A stretch of DNA of 64,000 bases from Candidatus Falkowbacteria bacterium. GTDB lineage: Bacteria > Patescibacteriota > Patescibacteriia > CAIXNZ01. Within the stretch, counting starts at the first letter, position 1. Each line of letters begins with the position of its first letter. The position numbers and the translations under genes were made by a program. This document shows positions 1 through 8,364 of this stretch, in pieces. Under the pieces are notes generated by a model. That model did not search any database, was not told the origin of the DNA, and saw only the letters and a program-made list of their open reading frames with translations. The stretch is from the NCBI GenBank assembly GCA_963774955.1, contig CAVZGV010000004.1:195522-259521 (forward strand), read 5' to 3'.

Positions 1-1296
1 TTTATCCTGAATATAGATGATAAAATAGTTATTATTGGAGTACCTAATGCCTTCACTAAAAGCTGGCTGGAAAAAAAATACAATTCTGAGCTGCTTAAGG
101 CGTTACGAAACATTACCGGCTCCAATCTAAAAGAAATAACCTACAAGGTTGCCTCGTCTAAGGAGCTAAATGAACAAACTCCGGTTGAATATTCCAAGCA
201 AGAAGAGGATGAAACAGAAAAAATACCCTCTGAAAAATTTACGCCCTCAACCGCTTCTCCTTTGGCTAGCTCTTTTGGTTTGAATCCAAAATATACTTTC
301 AATAATTTTGTTGTGGGCAAAAATAATGAATTGGCTCGAGCCGCTTCCTTGGCTGTAGCCAGTAATCCCGGGGTTACCTATAATCCGTTGTTTCTTTATG
401 GAGGCGCTGGCCTCGGAAAAACTCATCTTTTACAGGCTATTGGCCATGACATTTTATCACGGCGGCCTGAGCATAAAATTCTTTATATCACCTGCGAAAA
501 ATTTACCAATGATTTCATTAATTCGGTTTCCAATGGTAAGGCCGCTAGCTTTAAAGATGTCTATCGTTCTGTTGATGTGCTTTTAATCGACGACATTCAG
601 TTCTTGGCGGGAAAAGACGGAACCCAGGAAGAATTTTTTCATACTTTTAATAGCCTGCATCAAAACAATAAACAGGTTGTCTTATCATCAGATCGTCCGC
701 CAAAGTCAATACCGGCTCTGGACAATCGACTTTTAACCCGCTTTGAATGGGGGATGATTGCGGATATATCCTTGCCGGATTTAGAAACCAGAATGGCTAT
801 TTTAGAAACCAAACTTAGAGAAAAAGGCTATACTTTAGATAAAGGTGTTGTTAATTTTTTGGCCAACAACATTGTCTCTAATATCAGAGAACTGGAAGGA
901 GCCTTAAACCGGATAATGGCGTATCATCAGCTAAATGCGCTGCCTCCAACCCTTGAAAGTGTTAAAAAGATTCTCTCTGGATTAACGACCAATTTACAAA
1001 AAAAGTCTATAACTACGAAAGACATTGTTAATACTGTGGCTAATTTTTATGATGTTTTAATTGATGATATTATGGGCGGCTGTCGAGAAAAAAAGCTGGT
1101 AACCCCGCGCCAAATTATTATGTTTTTAATGCGTGAAGAAATTAAAAGCTCTTTTCCGACCATTGGCCAGGAACTGGGCGGTCGTGATCACACCACGGCT
1201 ATTCACGCCGTAACTAAAATTAAAAATGACTATGATAATGATGAAAGGATTCGCAGAGAAATAGAACAAATCAGGCAACGCTTGTATAATATCTAA
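1..1296 (+). CDS. dnaA: Chromosomal replication initiator DnaA (5'-truncated by the window edge)
   Basis: Frame 1 is open from base 1 (FILNIDDKIVIIGVPNAFTKSWLEKKY, domain I). Walker A GGAGLGKT, LLIDDIQF, and domain IV GGRDHTT are present. Confidence 0.98.
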   Translation, partial: FILNIDDKIVIIGVPNAFTKSWLEKKYNSELLKALRNITGSNLKEITYKVASSKELNEQTPVEYSKQEEDETEKIPSEKFTPSTASPLASSFGLNPKYTFNNFVVGKNNELARAASLAVASNPGVTYNPLFLYGGAGLGKTHLLQAIGHDILSRRPEHKILYITCEKFTNDFINSVSNGKAASFKDVYRSVDVLLIDDIQFLAGKDGTQEEFFHTFNSLHQNNKQVVLSSDRPPKSIPALDNRLLTRFEWGMIADISLPDLETRMAILETKLREKGYTLDKGVVNFLANNIVSNIRELEGALNRIMAYHQLNALPPTLESVKKILSGLTTNLQKKSITTKDIVNTVANFYDVLIDDIMGGCREKKLVTPRQIIMFLMREEIKSSFPTIGQELGGRDHTTAIHAVTKIKNDYDNDERIRREIEQIRQRLYNI

Positions 1297-1558
1297 CCCT
1301 GTTAAAAAGCTGTTGAAACTTCTGGGTAAAAAGTATTTATTACTTGTTCACTCATTGAACGCAAAAATAAAAAAACTTTTTCAGCCCATTTAATCCACAA
1401 ACTAATCACAAGATTGCACATGGTTTTTCCAAAACTTATAAACATAGCGGTGAAGTATTTTAACCAACATTAATCGAGTGAAAAACTTTTCCTTTCTACT
1501 TATCCACCCCCTTATTACTATTACTATAATAAATAATTAATAAATAATAATATATAAT
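1297..1558. promoter_or_regulatory. Replication origin oriC (DnaA boxes, DnaA-trios, AT-rich unwinding element)
   Basis: dnaA-dnaN intergenic region. Boxes TAATCCACA (1391) and TTATCCACC (1500), then CCC, TTATTACTATTACTA and an AT-only tract. Confidence 0.85.
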
Positions 1559-2719
1559 ATGAAAATATCTTGTACTCAAGAAAATTTAAATCAAGGTTTA
1601 AATATTATTTCACATATAGCCAGCAAAAACACATCTTTACCAATTTTAAACAATGTTCTAATTAAAGCCGAGAAAGGCGTTTTAACTTTAGTCACAACTA
1701 ATTTGGAAATGGGGATTAAATGCCAAGTCCGGGGAAAAATTGAAAAAGAGGGTAATTATACGGTCAACTCTAAATTATTTACTGATTATATAAATTTATT
1801 AAATAATCAAAAAATAGAGCTTGAATATAAGAATGATAATTTGGAAATTACCACCGAACAACAATCCACAAAAATTAAAGGCAATAGCGCTGATGAATTT
1901 CCCTTAATTCCCCAATTAGAAAGGAAGAGTCCTTATAAATGCAGACTTAATGATATTGTAACGGCTTTTTCCCAGGTCTTGTTTGCGGTTTCGGTTTCAG
2001 AAACCAGGCCTGAAATTTCCGGTGTTTATCTTAACTTTTCAGAAGACATAATTACATTAGCCGCAACAGATAGTTATCGCTTAGCGGAAAAACAAATTAA
2101 ATTAAAAGAAAAAAGCAAAGAAGAACGGGAGGTGATTTTACCGGCTAAAACAGCCCAAGAATTACTGAGAATTCTCGGAACAGTTTCTCATGGACAATTG
2201 GAAGATGAAAAAGAGCCGAATAATTATGTGGAAATATATTTTGAAGATAATCAGGTTTTATTTGTTTTTGATAATGTCGAATTGGTTTCCCGCATTATTG
2301 AGGGTCAATATCCCAACTACAAGCAAATAATTCCGGCAAATTTTAAAACCAAAGGGGTGGTTAATATTTCCAGCTTTGTTAAGGCGGTAAAAACCGCAGC
2401 CTTGTTTTCCCGCACCGGTATTTTTGATATTAATTTGGAATTTAAGGGCGGTAACTTAATTGTTTCCTCTACTAATAATCAATTAGGCGAAAACAAAGCC
2501 AAGCTAGAAGGCCAGATAACCGGAGATGACAATAAAATAGTGATTAATTATCGTTATTTATTGGATGGTTTACAGAACATTGATTCCACGGATGTTATTT
2601 TTGAAATGATTGACTCTGCCAATCCCTGCATTCTACGCCCGGCCGAAAGCTTGAATGACAAAAAAGAAGCCATCGCGGCCCAGGATTATTTGTATATCAT
2701 AATGCCGATAAAGCAGTAA
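1559..2719 (+). CDS. dnaN: DNA polymerase III beta clamp
   Basis: LPILNNVLI, ATDSYRLAE, IEGQYPNY and C-terminal IIMPI; lies downstream of dnaA. Confidence 0.98.
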   Translation: MKISCTQENLNQGLNIISHIASKNTSLPILNNVLIKAEKGVLTLVTTNLEMGIKCQVRGKIEKEGNYTVNSKLFTDYINLLNNQKIELEYKNDNLEITTEQQSTKIKGNSADEFPLIPQLERKSPYKCRLNDIVTAFSQVLFAVSVSETRPEISGVYLNFSEDIITLAATDSYRLAEKQIKLKEKSKEEREVILPAKTAQELLRILGTVSHGQLEDEKEPNNYVEIYFEDNQVLFVFDNVELVSRIIEGQYPNYKQIIPANFKTKGVVNISSFVKAVKTAALFSRTGIFDINLEFKGGNLIVSSTNNQLGENKAKLEGQITGDDNKIVINYRYLLDGLQNIDSTDVIFEMIDSANPCILRPAESLNDKKEAIAAQDYLYIIMPIKQ

Positions 2720-2764
2720 AGGTTAAATAAAAAATTAAATAGAAAAGATAAAACAGTAGAAATT

Positions 2765-2792
2765 AAAAAGAGGGTGTCAAAGCTCTCTTTTT
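2765..2792 (+). terminator. Intrinsic terminator after dnaN
   Basis: AAAAAGAGGGT-gtcaa-AGCTCTCTTTTT hairpin with U-tract. Confidence 0.6.
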
Positions 2793-2814
2793 GTGTTAAA
2801 ATAAAGGAAAGATT

Positions 2815-2886
2815 AACCACGAAATTTTAATCACTAAAAAACACGAAATGCGGGTTTTGTGCGTTTCGTGCAAGTTTTTGTGGTTC
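2815..2886. repeat. CACGAA/TTCGTG short inverted-repeat element
   Basis: ACCACGAA..CACTAA..CACGAA followed by TTTGTG..TTCGTG..TTTGTGGTT. Confidence 0.5.
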
Positions 2887-2896
2887 AGTTATCACT

Positions 2897-3613
2897 ATGA
2901 ACCCTAAATTAATCTTCGACATCGAAACAATCGGCGAGAACTGGGACGACATGGATGAAACCACCCAAAAAGCCTTGACTTATTGGTTAAAGAAGGATGC
3001 CTATTCAGAAGAGGCTTATGCAGCTGCCTTGGCCAATGTCAAAAACGAATTGGGATTTTCGCCTTATACCGGGCAGATTGTGGCTATCGGCGTTTTGGAA
3101 GTGGAAACAAATAAAGGCGCGGTTTATTATCAGGCACCGGAAAAATCCACAGAAGATTTCGAAGAAGATGGAATCAGGTTTCGAGCTTTGAGTGAAAAAG
3201 ATATGTTGGAAAATTTTTGGAAGGGCGCTATAAATTACACAGAATTTATCAGCTTTAACGGCCGGGGGTTTGATGTGCCTTTTTTAATGATTCGTTCAGC
3301 AGTCAACAGTATTAAACCGACCAAAGACCTGATGTCCAATCGCTATTTAAGCAGCCAGAAATTTAATGCCCAACATATTGATTTAATGGATCAGCTGACT
3401 TTTTACGGTGCTGTCCAAAGACGACCCAAGCTGCATTTGGCTTGCCGGGCCTTTGGCATCAAAAGTCCCAAAGATAATGGAGTTGATGGGGATGAGGTTA
3501 ATCCACTTTTTAAAGCTAAGGAATATCTGAAAATAGCCAAATACAATGCGGCAGATTTAAAGGCGACCCGGGAATTATATTTAAAATGGCAAGAATTTAT
3601 TAATATAAAATAA
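2897..3613 (+). CDS. PolB-type / DnaQ-superfamily 3'-5' exonuclease
   Basis: ExoI FDIET, ExoII SFNGRGFDVPFL, ExoIII YNAAD motifs. Confidence 0.85.
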   Translation: MNPKLIFDIETIGENWDDMDETTQKALTYWLKKDAYSEEAYAAALANVKNELGFSPYTGQIVAIGVLEVETNKGAVYYQAPEKSTEDFEEDGIRFRALSEKDMLENFWKGAINYTEFISFNGRGFDVPFLMIRSAVNSIKPTKDLMSNRYLSSQKFNAQHIDLMDQLTFYGAVQRRPKLHLACRAFGIKSPKDNGVDGDEVNPLFKAKEYLKIAKYNAADLKATRELYLKWQEFINIK

Positions 3614-3660
3614 TCATCAGAAGTTTTGACTTTTAATTTTTAATTTTTGAATTTAAGTTT

Positions 3661-4557
3661 ATGTGGCTATACCTGGCGATTTTCGCCTATTTCTTATTTG
3701 CCCTGGCCAATATCGGTGACAAACTGGTGGTCAGTAAATTTAAAACCGAACCCATCGTTTACGCCTTTTACGTGGGGTTTTTAGGCGTGACTTCCATAAT
3801 TTTGATTCCCTTGGGAGTTCATTGGCAGTCCCTGGGTTTGTTAGTTTTTTCTCTCTTGGCTGGTGTCACCTTTGTGTTGGCGTTATTTTTTATGTACAAG
3901 GCTTTAAGTCTGGGCGAAACTTCCAGAGCCATTACCATCATGGGCGGGTCCAGTCCCATTTTTACATTTTTACTGGCCAATTTATTTTTGCATGAAAAAC
4001 TACAGTTTCAGGAAGTTGGCGCCTTTATTATTTTAGTTTTAGCTATCATTTTAATCAGCTGGGAAAAAGAAAGACCGCTACGTAAAAAATATCACGAGAG
4101 TATGATTTTTTGGTCAGTTCTGGCCGGGCTATTATTTGCCATAAATTATACATTAACCAAGCATCTATTTAATAATGATACTTTTATCAGCGTATTTTTT
4201 TGGACCAGAATTGGCGGCGTTATCACTGCCTTGGTTATACTCTTAATTCCCAAAGCCAGAAAGTTAATTGCCGTTGACTGGAAACGACCTAAAAAGCAAA
4301 AAGGTTCCCTGCTTTTTGGAATTCAGGTTTCCGGCGGGTTGGGCGTTATTTTGCAAAGTTACGCTTTAAATCTGGCTAGTCCAACTTTGGTCAATTCCTT
4401 ACAGGCGATTCAATATGCCTTGGTCTTTGTCTTCGCGCATTTATTAGGCAGGAAAATTCACCAGCTTCAGGAAAAAATATCCAGGGTAGAATTAATCCGC
4501 AAGATTGCCGCCTTTATCTTGATTTTTGTCGGTTTGTATTTACTTGCTAAAATATAA
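3661..4557 (+). CDS. EamA/DMT family membrane transporter
   Basis: About 10 TM helices in two repeats; YKALSLGETS and LFLHEKL signatures. Confidence 0.85.
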   Translation: MWLYLAIFAYFLFALANIGDKLVVSKFKTEPIVYAFYVGFLGVTSIILIPLGVHWQSLGLLVFSLLAGVTFVLALFFMYKALSLGETSRAITIMGGSSPIFTFLLANLFLHEKLQFQEVGAFIILVLAIILISWEKERPLRKKYHESMIFWSVLAGLLFAINYTLTKHLFNNDTFISVFFWTRIGGVITALVILLIPKARKLIAVDWKRPKKQKGSLLFGIQVSGGLGVILQSYALNLASPTLVNSLQAIQYALVFVFAHLLGRKIHQLQEKISRVELIRKIAAFILIFVGLYLLAKI

Positions 4558-4561
4558 AAAT

Positions 4562-5566
4562 ATGCGTTTACTCAAAAAAACTAAAGTAATAATTTTTATG
4601 CTAATTTTTATTATTGTTTTAATTTGTGTCGGCATTGCTTATTGGGCACACGTTACCTATCAGCCTAATCGTCAAACAGCCTATGGTGTAACTTTTTCCA
4701 AAGAATTTGCGCAATACCTTGGTTTAGACTGGCAGCAGACATATACGGCAATTTTAGATGATTTAAAAGTAAAATATATCAGAATTCCCACTTACTGGAA
4801 TCAGCTGGAACCGGAAATAAATATTTATAATTTTAAGGACTTTGATTGGCAAATATCAGAAGCCGCCAAAAGAAATGTGCGGATTGTCTTGGTTCTTGGT
4901 CGTCGTCAACCGCGCTGGCCCGAATGCCACGATCCAATTTGGGTGGCAGGTTTGGCAGATAATGAGGTCAGGGCCAAAATTTTATATAACATTGAACTCC
5001 TGGTAAATCGTTATAAAGATAATCAGGCGGTGGAAATTTGGCAAATTGAAAATGAACCATTTTTAGATTTTTTCGGTGAGTGTCCGAAAATGAACAAAAC
5101 AGAGTTGCAGGAAGAAATCAGTTTGGTTCAGAAGCTGGATAAAAGAAAAATTTTAATTACTGATTCCGGAGAGCTGAGTACTTGGTATCCGGCCATTAAA
5201 ATGGGAGATATTTTTGGCACAACCTTATATCGCACAACATATAATAAATATTTTGGTTATTGGAATTATTTTTTCCTGCCCGCCTCTTATTATCGGTTAA
5301 AAGCCTTAATTTGGGGCCAGCCTTTGGATGCAGCTTTTGTCGCAGAATTACAGGCAGAGCCCTGGTTTCCCGAAGGACCGCAGAAAACTGATGTGGACAA
5401 GCAATTAAAACTCATGAATGCCGATAAATTAAAGGCCAATGCTGACTATGCCAATAAAACCAATTTTTACCGGGCTTATTTCTGGGGAGTGGAATGGTGG
5501 TATTGGCTGAAAACCGCCAAAGGTAACAGTTCAGTTTGGGATGCGGCTAAGCAGTATTTTAAATAG
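4562..5566 (+). CDS. Membrane-anchored clan GH-A glycoside hydrolase (GH5/GH42-like)
   Basis: N-terminal TM; RIPTYWNQLEP, WQIENEP (acid/base), AELQAEPW. ATG at 4562 is more plausible than the ORF-track start. Confidence 0.75.
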   Translation: MRLLKKTKVIIFMLIFIIVLICVGIAYWAHVTYQPNRQTAYGVTFSKEFAQYLGLDWQQTYTAILDDLKVKYIRIPTYWNQLEPEINIYNFKDFDWQISEAAKRNVRIVLVLGRRQPRWPECHDPIWVAGLADNEVRAKILYNIELLVNRYKDNQAVEIWQIENEPFLDFFGECPKMNKTELQEEISLVQKLDKRKILITDSGELSTWYPAIKMGDIFGTTLYRTTYNKYFGYWNYFFLPASYYRLKALIWGQPLDAAFVAELQAEPWFPEGPQKTDVDKQLKLMNADKLKANADYANKTNFYRAYFWGVEWWYWLKTAKGNSSVWDAAKQYFK

Positions 5567-5603
5567 CAAGCTAACTTGTCAAAATAATATATAATTATTT
5601 CCC

Positions 5604-5633
5604 CGTAGGCGTCACAAGATTGTGGCGCCTACG
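5604..5633. repeat. GTAG-type REP-like palindrome, copy 1
   Basis: CGTAGGCGTCACAAGATTGTGGCGCCTACG; related copies at 8274 and 63067. Confidence 0.8.
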
Positions 5634-5646
5634 TTCGTTTCTGTGA

Positions 5647-5675
5647 TTGACAAGGTAAATTTTAATTGCTAAGGT
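5647..5675 (+). promoter_or_regulatory. Sigma70-type promoter
   Basis: TTGACA-17-(TGc)TAAGGT. Confidence 0.55.
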
Positions 5676-5696
5676 TTTTGCAAAGGAGGGTAACTC

Positions 5697-6098
5697 ATGG
5701 GAAAATCTCCACAAGCAATAGAGGGGCAGCATATTTTTTCGGCAAAACATTTAAATTTTCGATCAGAAGAAAAGAGGTTGTTGGTAATGGGTGCTGTCGA
5801 TGAAGATTTTTATAACGTTCTGATTTGTTTGGTGGCCGACTTCATGAAAAAGTTATGGAGCCAGGGAAATCATTCAGACAGAAATGCCAAAATTTATATG
5901 GACTATCGACATTTTGATCTACTAGATCGTGTTTCTTTTAGCGAGCTGGGCGCACGTTTTGATCTTTGTCCTTCAAGAATTAGGCAAATTATTAGCAAAA
6001 CGGACAGATTGATTGCCAACAAATTGCTAAGGGATAAATTAAAAATAGAACTTTATTATCAAGTTTTAGCTAAAGCTCTGGAAAGTAAACCTGATTGA
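5697..6098 (+). CDS. Hypothetical protein with sigma70 region-4-like HTH
   Basis: SFSELGARFDLCPSRIRQI resembles the sigma r4 HTH. GGAGG SD upstream; terminator at 6108-6136. Confidence 0.6.
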   Translation: MGKSPQAIEGQHIFSAKHLNFRSEEKRLLVMGAVDEDFYNVLICLVADFMKKLWSQGNHSDRNAKIYMDYRHFDLLDRVSFSELGARFDLCPSRIRQIISKTDRLIANKLLRDKLKIELYYQVLAKALESKPD

Positions 6099-6204
6099 GA
6101 GTTTTTCAAAATCCCCCTTACGGGCGGGATTTTTTTAATAGGTCAAAAGGTTTATAATTAGCTTTAAAAAACTCGACTTATCCACATTTTAATTTGGCTA
6201 ACTC

Positions 6205-6232
6205 TTGACAAAAATTAAGCCTATGTTATAAA
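6205..6232 (+). promoter_or_regulatory. Sigma70-type promoter of the leader region
   Basis: TTGACA-16-(TGt)TATAAA. Confidence 0.6.
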
Positions 6233-6254
6233 TAGAGTATTAGCCAATAAATTT

Positions 6255-6410
6255 ATGAACAATTTTCAAATCTTAAAATCCATCAGACAAATGTGGTCTC
6301 GCTCATATCAAGCAGGGCTATTTTTCCGTCTGGATTTAGGATAAGAATAATTATATAGACAAATTATATTCAGATAGAAAGATAGCCTGCGATAGGGCTA
6401 TTTTTCTTTT
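6255..6410 (+). promoter_or_regulatory. Putative attenuator: 29-aa leader ORF (6255-6344) with antiterminator/terminator
   Basis: Leader MNNFQILKSIRQMWSRSYQAGLFFRLDLG*. Terminator AGAAAGATAGCC/GGCTATTTTTCT+TTT (6376-6410); its 5' arm can alternatively pair with GCAGGGCTATTTTTCCGTCTGGA inside the leader ORF. Confidence 0.55.
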
Positions 6411-6444
6411 GTACATTCAAAGATCAAAAACAAGGGGGTGGAAG

Positions 6445-6627
6445 ATGATCAGGAAAAAAAAGCTGCCTCAAAAAGCTGATGAAATGGGTAATGTCACGGC
6501 CGATAATGATGGTTTGTATAACGACATGATTTATCTGTCGGTTGGTATTGATGGAGCAGATCGTTGTTATAGCCACGAAGATCCGTTTTGCCAGGGACCG
6601 GAATATAATTTCGATGAGTTTCACTAG
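6445..6627 (+). CDS. Small acidic hypothetical protein (60 aa)
   Basis: GGGGGTGG SD before ATG; MIRKKKLPQ...DEFH. Confidence 0.4.
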   Translation: MIRKKKLPQKADEMGNVTADNDGLYNDMIYLSVGIDGADRCYSHEDPFCQGPEYNFDEFH

Positions 6628-6700
6628 TGAAAGCGGCAAAGGCAGTTTCTGAATAATCAGAGGCTAAGGTAAAAATTTTCAGCTAAAAAGGAGAAGAACA

Positions 6701-6847
6701 TTGAAGCAGAGTAAAGACAACGGTACTCGCCGGGACGGGCCTTGCGCCAAATCCAACATCGGATCGCGGGACAGCGGTATCAACCGTAACAAAAACAGCA
6801 AGCGCGATTCGGGCAACCGGATTTCCTGGGGCTGGTTCAGCCTCTAG
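6701..6847 (+). CDS. Small hypothetical peptide (48 aa, TTG start)
   Basis: AAGGAG SD; MKQSKDNGTRRDGPCAKSNIGSRDSGINRNKNSKRDSGNRISWGWFSL; followed by a strong hairpin. Confidence 0.35.
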   Translation: MKQSKDNGTRRDGPCAKSNIGSRDSGINRNKNSKRDSGNRISWGWFSL

Positions 6848-7156
6848 GCCCCCACAACTAGGCAGCCTCGCATCATGAGGTGCGAGGTTGCCAAGCTAAA
6901 AAAATCACCGGGCTGGTTAAAAATAGATTCAAAGTGCCAAATGGAATTGGCTGGGCAAAACTGCAAGGTTGAAAGGAGAGAAAAATGATCCGGTCCTACC
7001 GCAATTACATGTCCTGGAAGTAAGCGGCTTTGCCGCTATTTTCTACTTCACATCTTTAAATTCAAATTTCCAGCCGTGAATTTAGGGATAAACCCCAACC
7101 CCCGTACCATTTAAACAAATGGTACGGGGTTAACAAATCTTAAATTATTTAAATAT

Positions 7157-8248
7157 ATGAAAGCGCAGCAGATTTTAGACAAGTTGGTACAATTTAATAC
7201 AGTCGATGATCAGGATAACAGCGGTATCATGAAATTTTTGTCAGATATATTAAGTCCGGCAGGTTTTAAAATCCATCTGGTTAAAAATAAAATTTCCGGA
7301 AAATTAAACCTGCTGGCCAAGTTTAATCAGAAAAAGCCGGTCTTAACTTTTTCCGGCCATACAGATACTGTTCCGGCGACTAACGCCTGGACTTGTTCTC
7401 CGTTCAAATTAACACCTAAAGGAGAAAATTTATATGGCTTGGGAACCGGCGATATGAAAGGACCAATAGCCGCCTTTATCAGCGCAACCTTAAATACGAA
7501 TTTGCAGACGCTGAAAAGAGGTCTTAATTTGGTTTTTACTTACGGAGAAGAGAAAGAGTTGGATGGCATCCAAGAATTTCTAAAAAAAATTAAGCTTAAG
7601 ACCAAACTAGTGATTGTTGGCGAAGATACCGGATTAATCCCTGTTGTGGCCAGTAAAGGTGCCTATGCGGTAAAAATTGAATTTCAGGGCAAAGCTGCAC
7701 ACGGCGCAGATGTTAATAAGGGTATTAATGCGATTATCTCGGCTCAGAAGTTTATTGATAAGCTAAATCAGTATTTTATCGCTTTACAATCTTCTCAGAA
7801 TAAAATATTTGAAATTCCGTTTGCGACCCTCAATGTTGCCAAAATAATCGGCGGCGATTTAATCAACCGCATCCCTGATTATTGTTATTTGGAGTTTGAA
7901 TACCGCACCATCAATAAGCAGCAGGGAGCCAAGATTTATCAGGATATTTTGGAAATTTTAAGGTCTTTGGATTGCAAATTCAAAATCAAGCTGGATTTGC
8001 AGATTCAGCCTATGTTTTCGGCGCCTAAGAGCAAGTATGCGGCGGCGTTAGCAAAAATTACTGGCCAGCAGCCCTTGGGTGTCAATGGAACCTGTGAAGG
8101 GTCTTTTTACAGCAAATACGGCTATGATTGTTTGGTCTTAGGTCCGGGTAATAATATGGCGCATCAGCCCAATGAATATATTAGTGAAGATCAATTGGAA
8201 CAGGGAGTTAAAGTTTACCAAAAAATAATATCTCAATTTTGTCAGTAA
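7157..8248 (+). CDS. M20 family metallo-hydrolase (ArgE/DapE-like)
   Basis: SGHTDTVP, GLGTGDMKG, YGEE, GKAAHG, AHQPNE. Confidence 0.9.
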   Translation: MKAQQILDKLVQFNTVDDQDNSGIMKFLSDILSPAGFKIHLVKNKISGKLNLLAKFNQKKPVLTFSGHTDTVPATNAWTCSPFKLTPKGENLYGLGTGDMKGPIAAFISATLNTNLQTLKRGLNLVFTYGEEKELDGIQEFLKKIKLKTKLVIVGEDTGLIPVVASKGAYAVKIEFQGKAAHGADVNKGINAIISAQKFIDKLNQYFIALQSSQNKIFEIPFATLNVAKIIGGDLINRIPDYCYLEFEYRTINKQQGAKIYQDILEILRSLDCKFKIKLDLQIQPMFSAPKSKYAAALAKITGQQPLGVNGTCEGSFYSKYGYDCLVLGPGNNMAHQPNEYISEDQLEQGVKVYQKIISQFCQ

Positions 8249-8273
8249 TAGAAGAGAAATGTAACCAAGATAC

Positions 8274-8307
8274 CACGTAGGCGACACAAGCTTGTGTCGT
8301 CTACGTG
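8274..8307. repeat. GTAG-type REP-like palindrome, copy 2
   Basis: CACGTAGGCGACACAAGCTTGTGTCGTCTACGTG. Confidence 0.8.
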
Positions 8308-8364
8308 TGGGTTTTTACATATTATTTTATGTCAATTTAGACCTTTTTTTGATATAATGCAAAC

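Noticed and set aside
6178-6186. Perfect DnaA box TTATCCACA as a second origin
   Set aside because: It is a single box with no cluster or trio tract. At most it is a regulatory site near the 6205 promoter.
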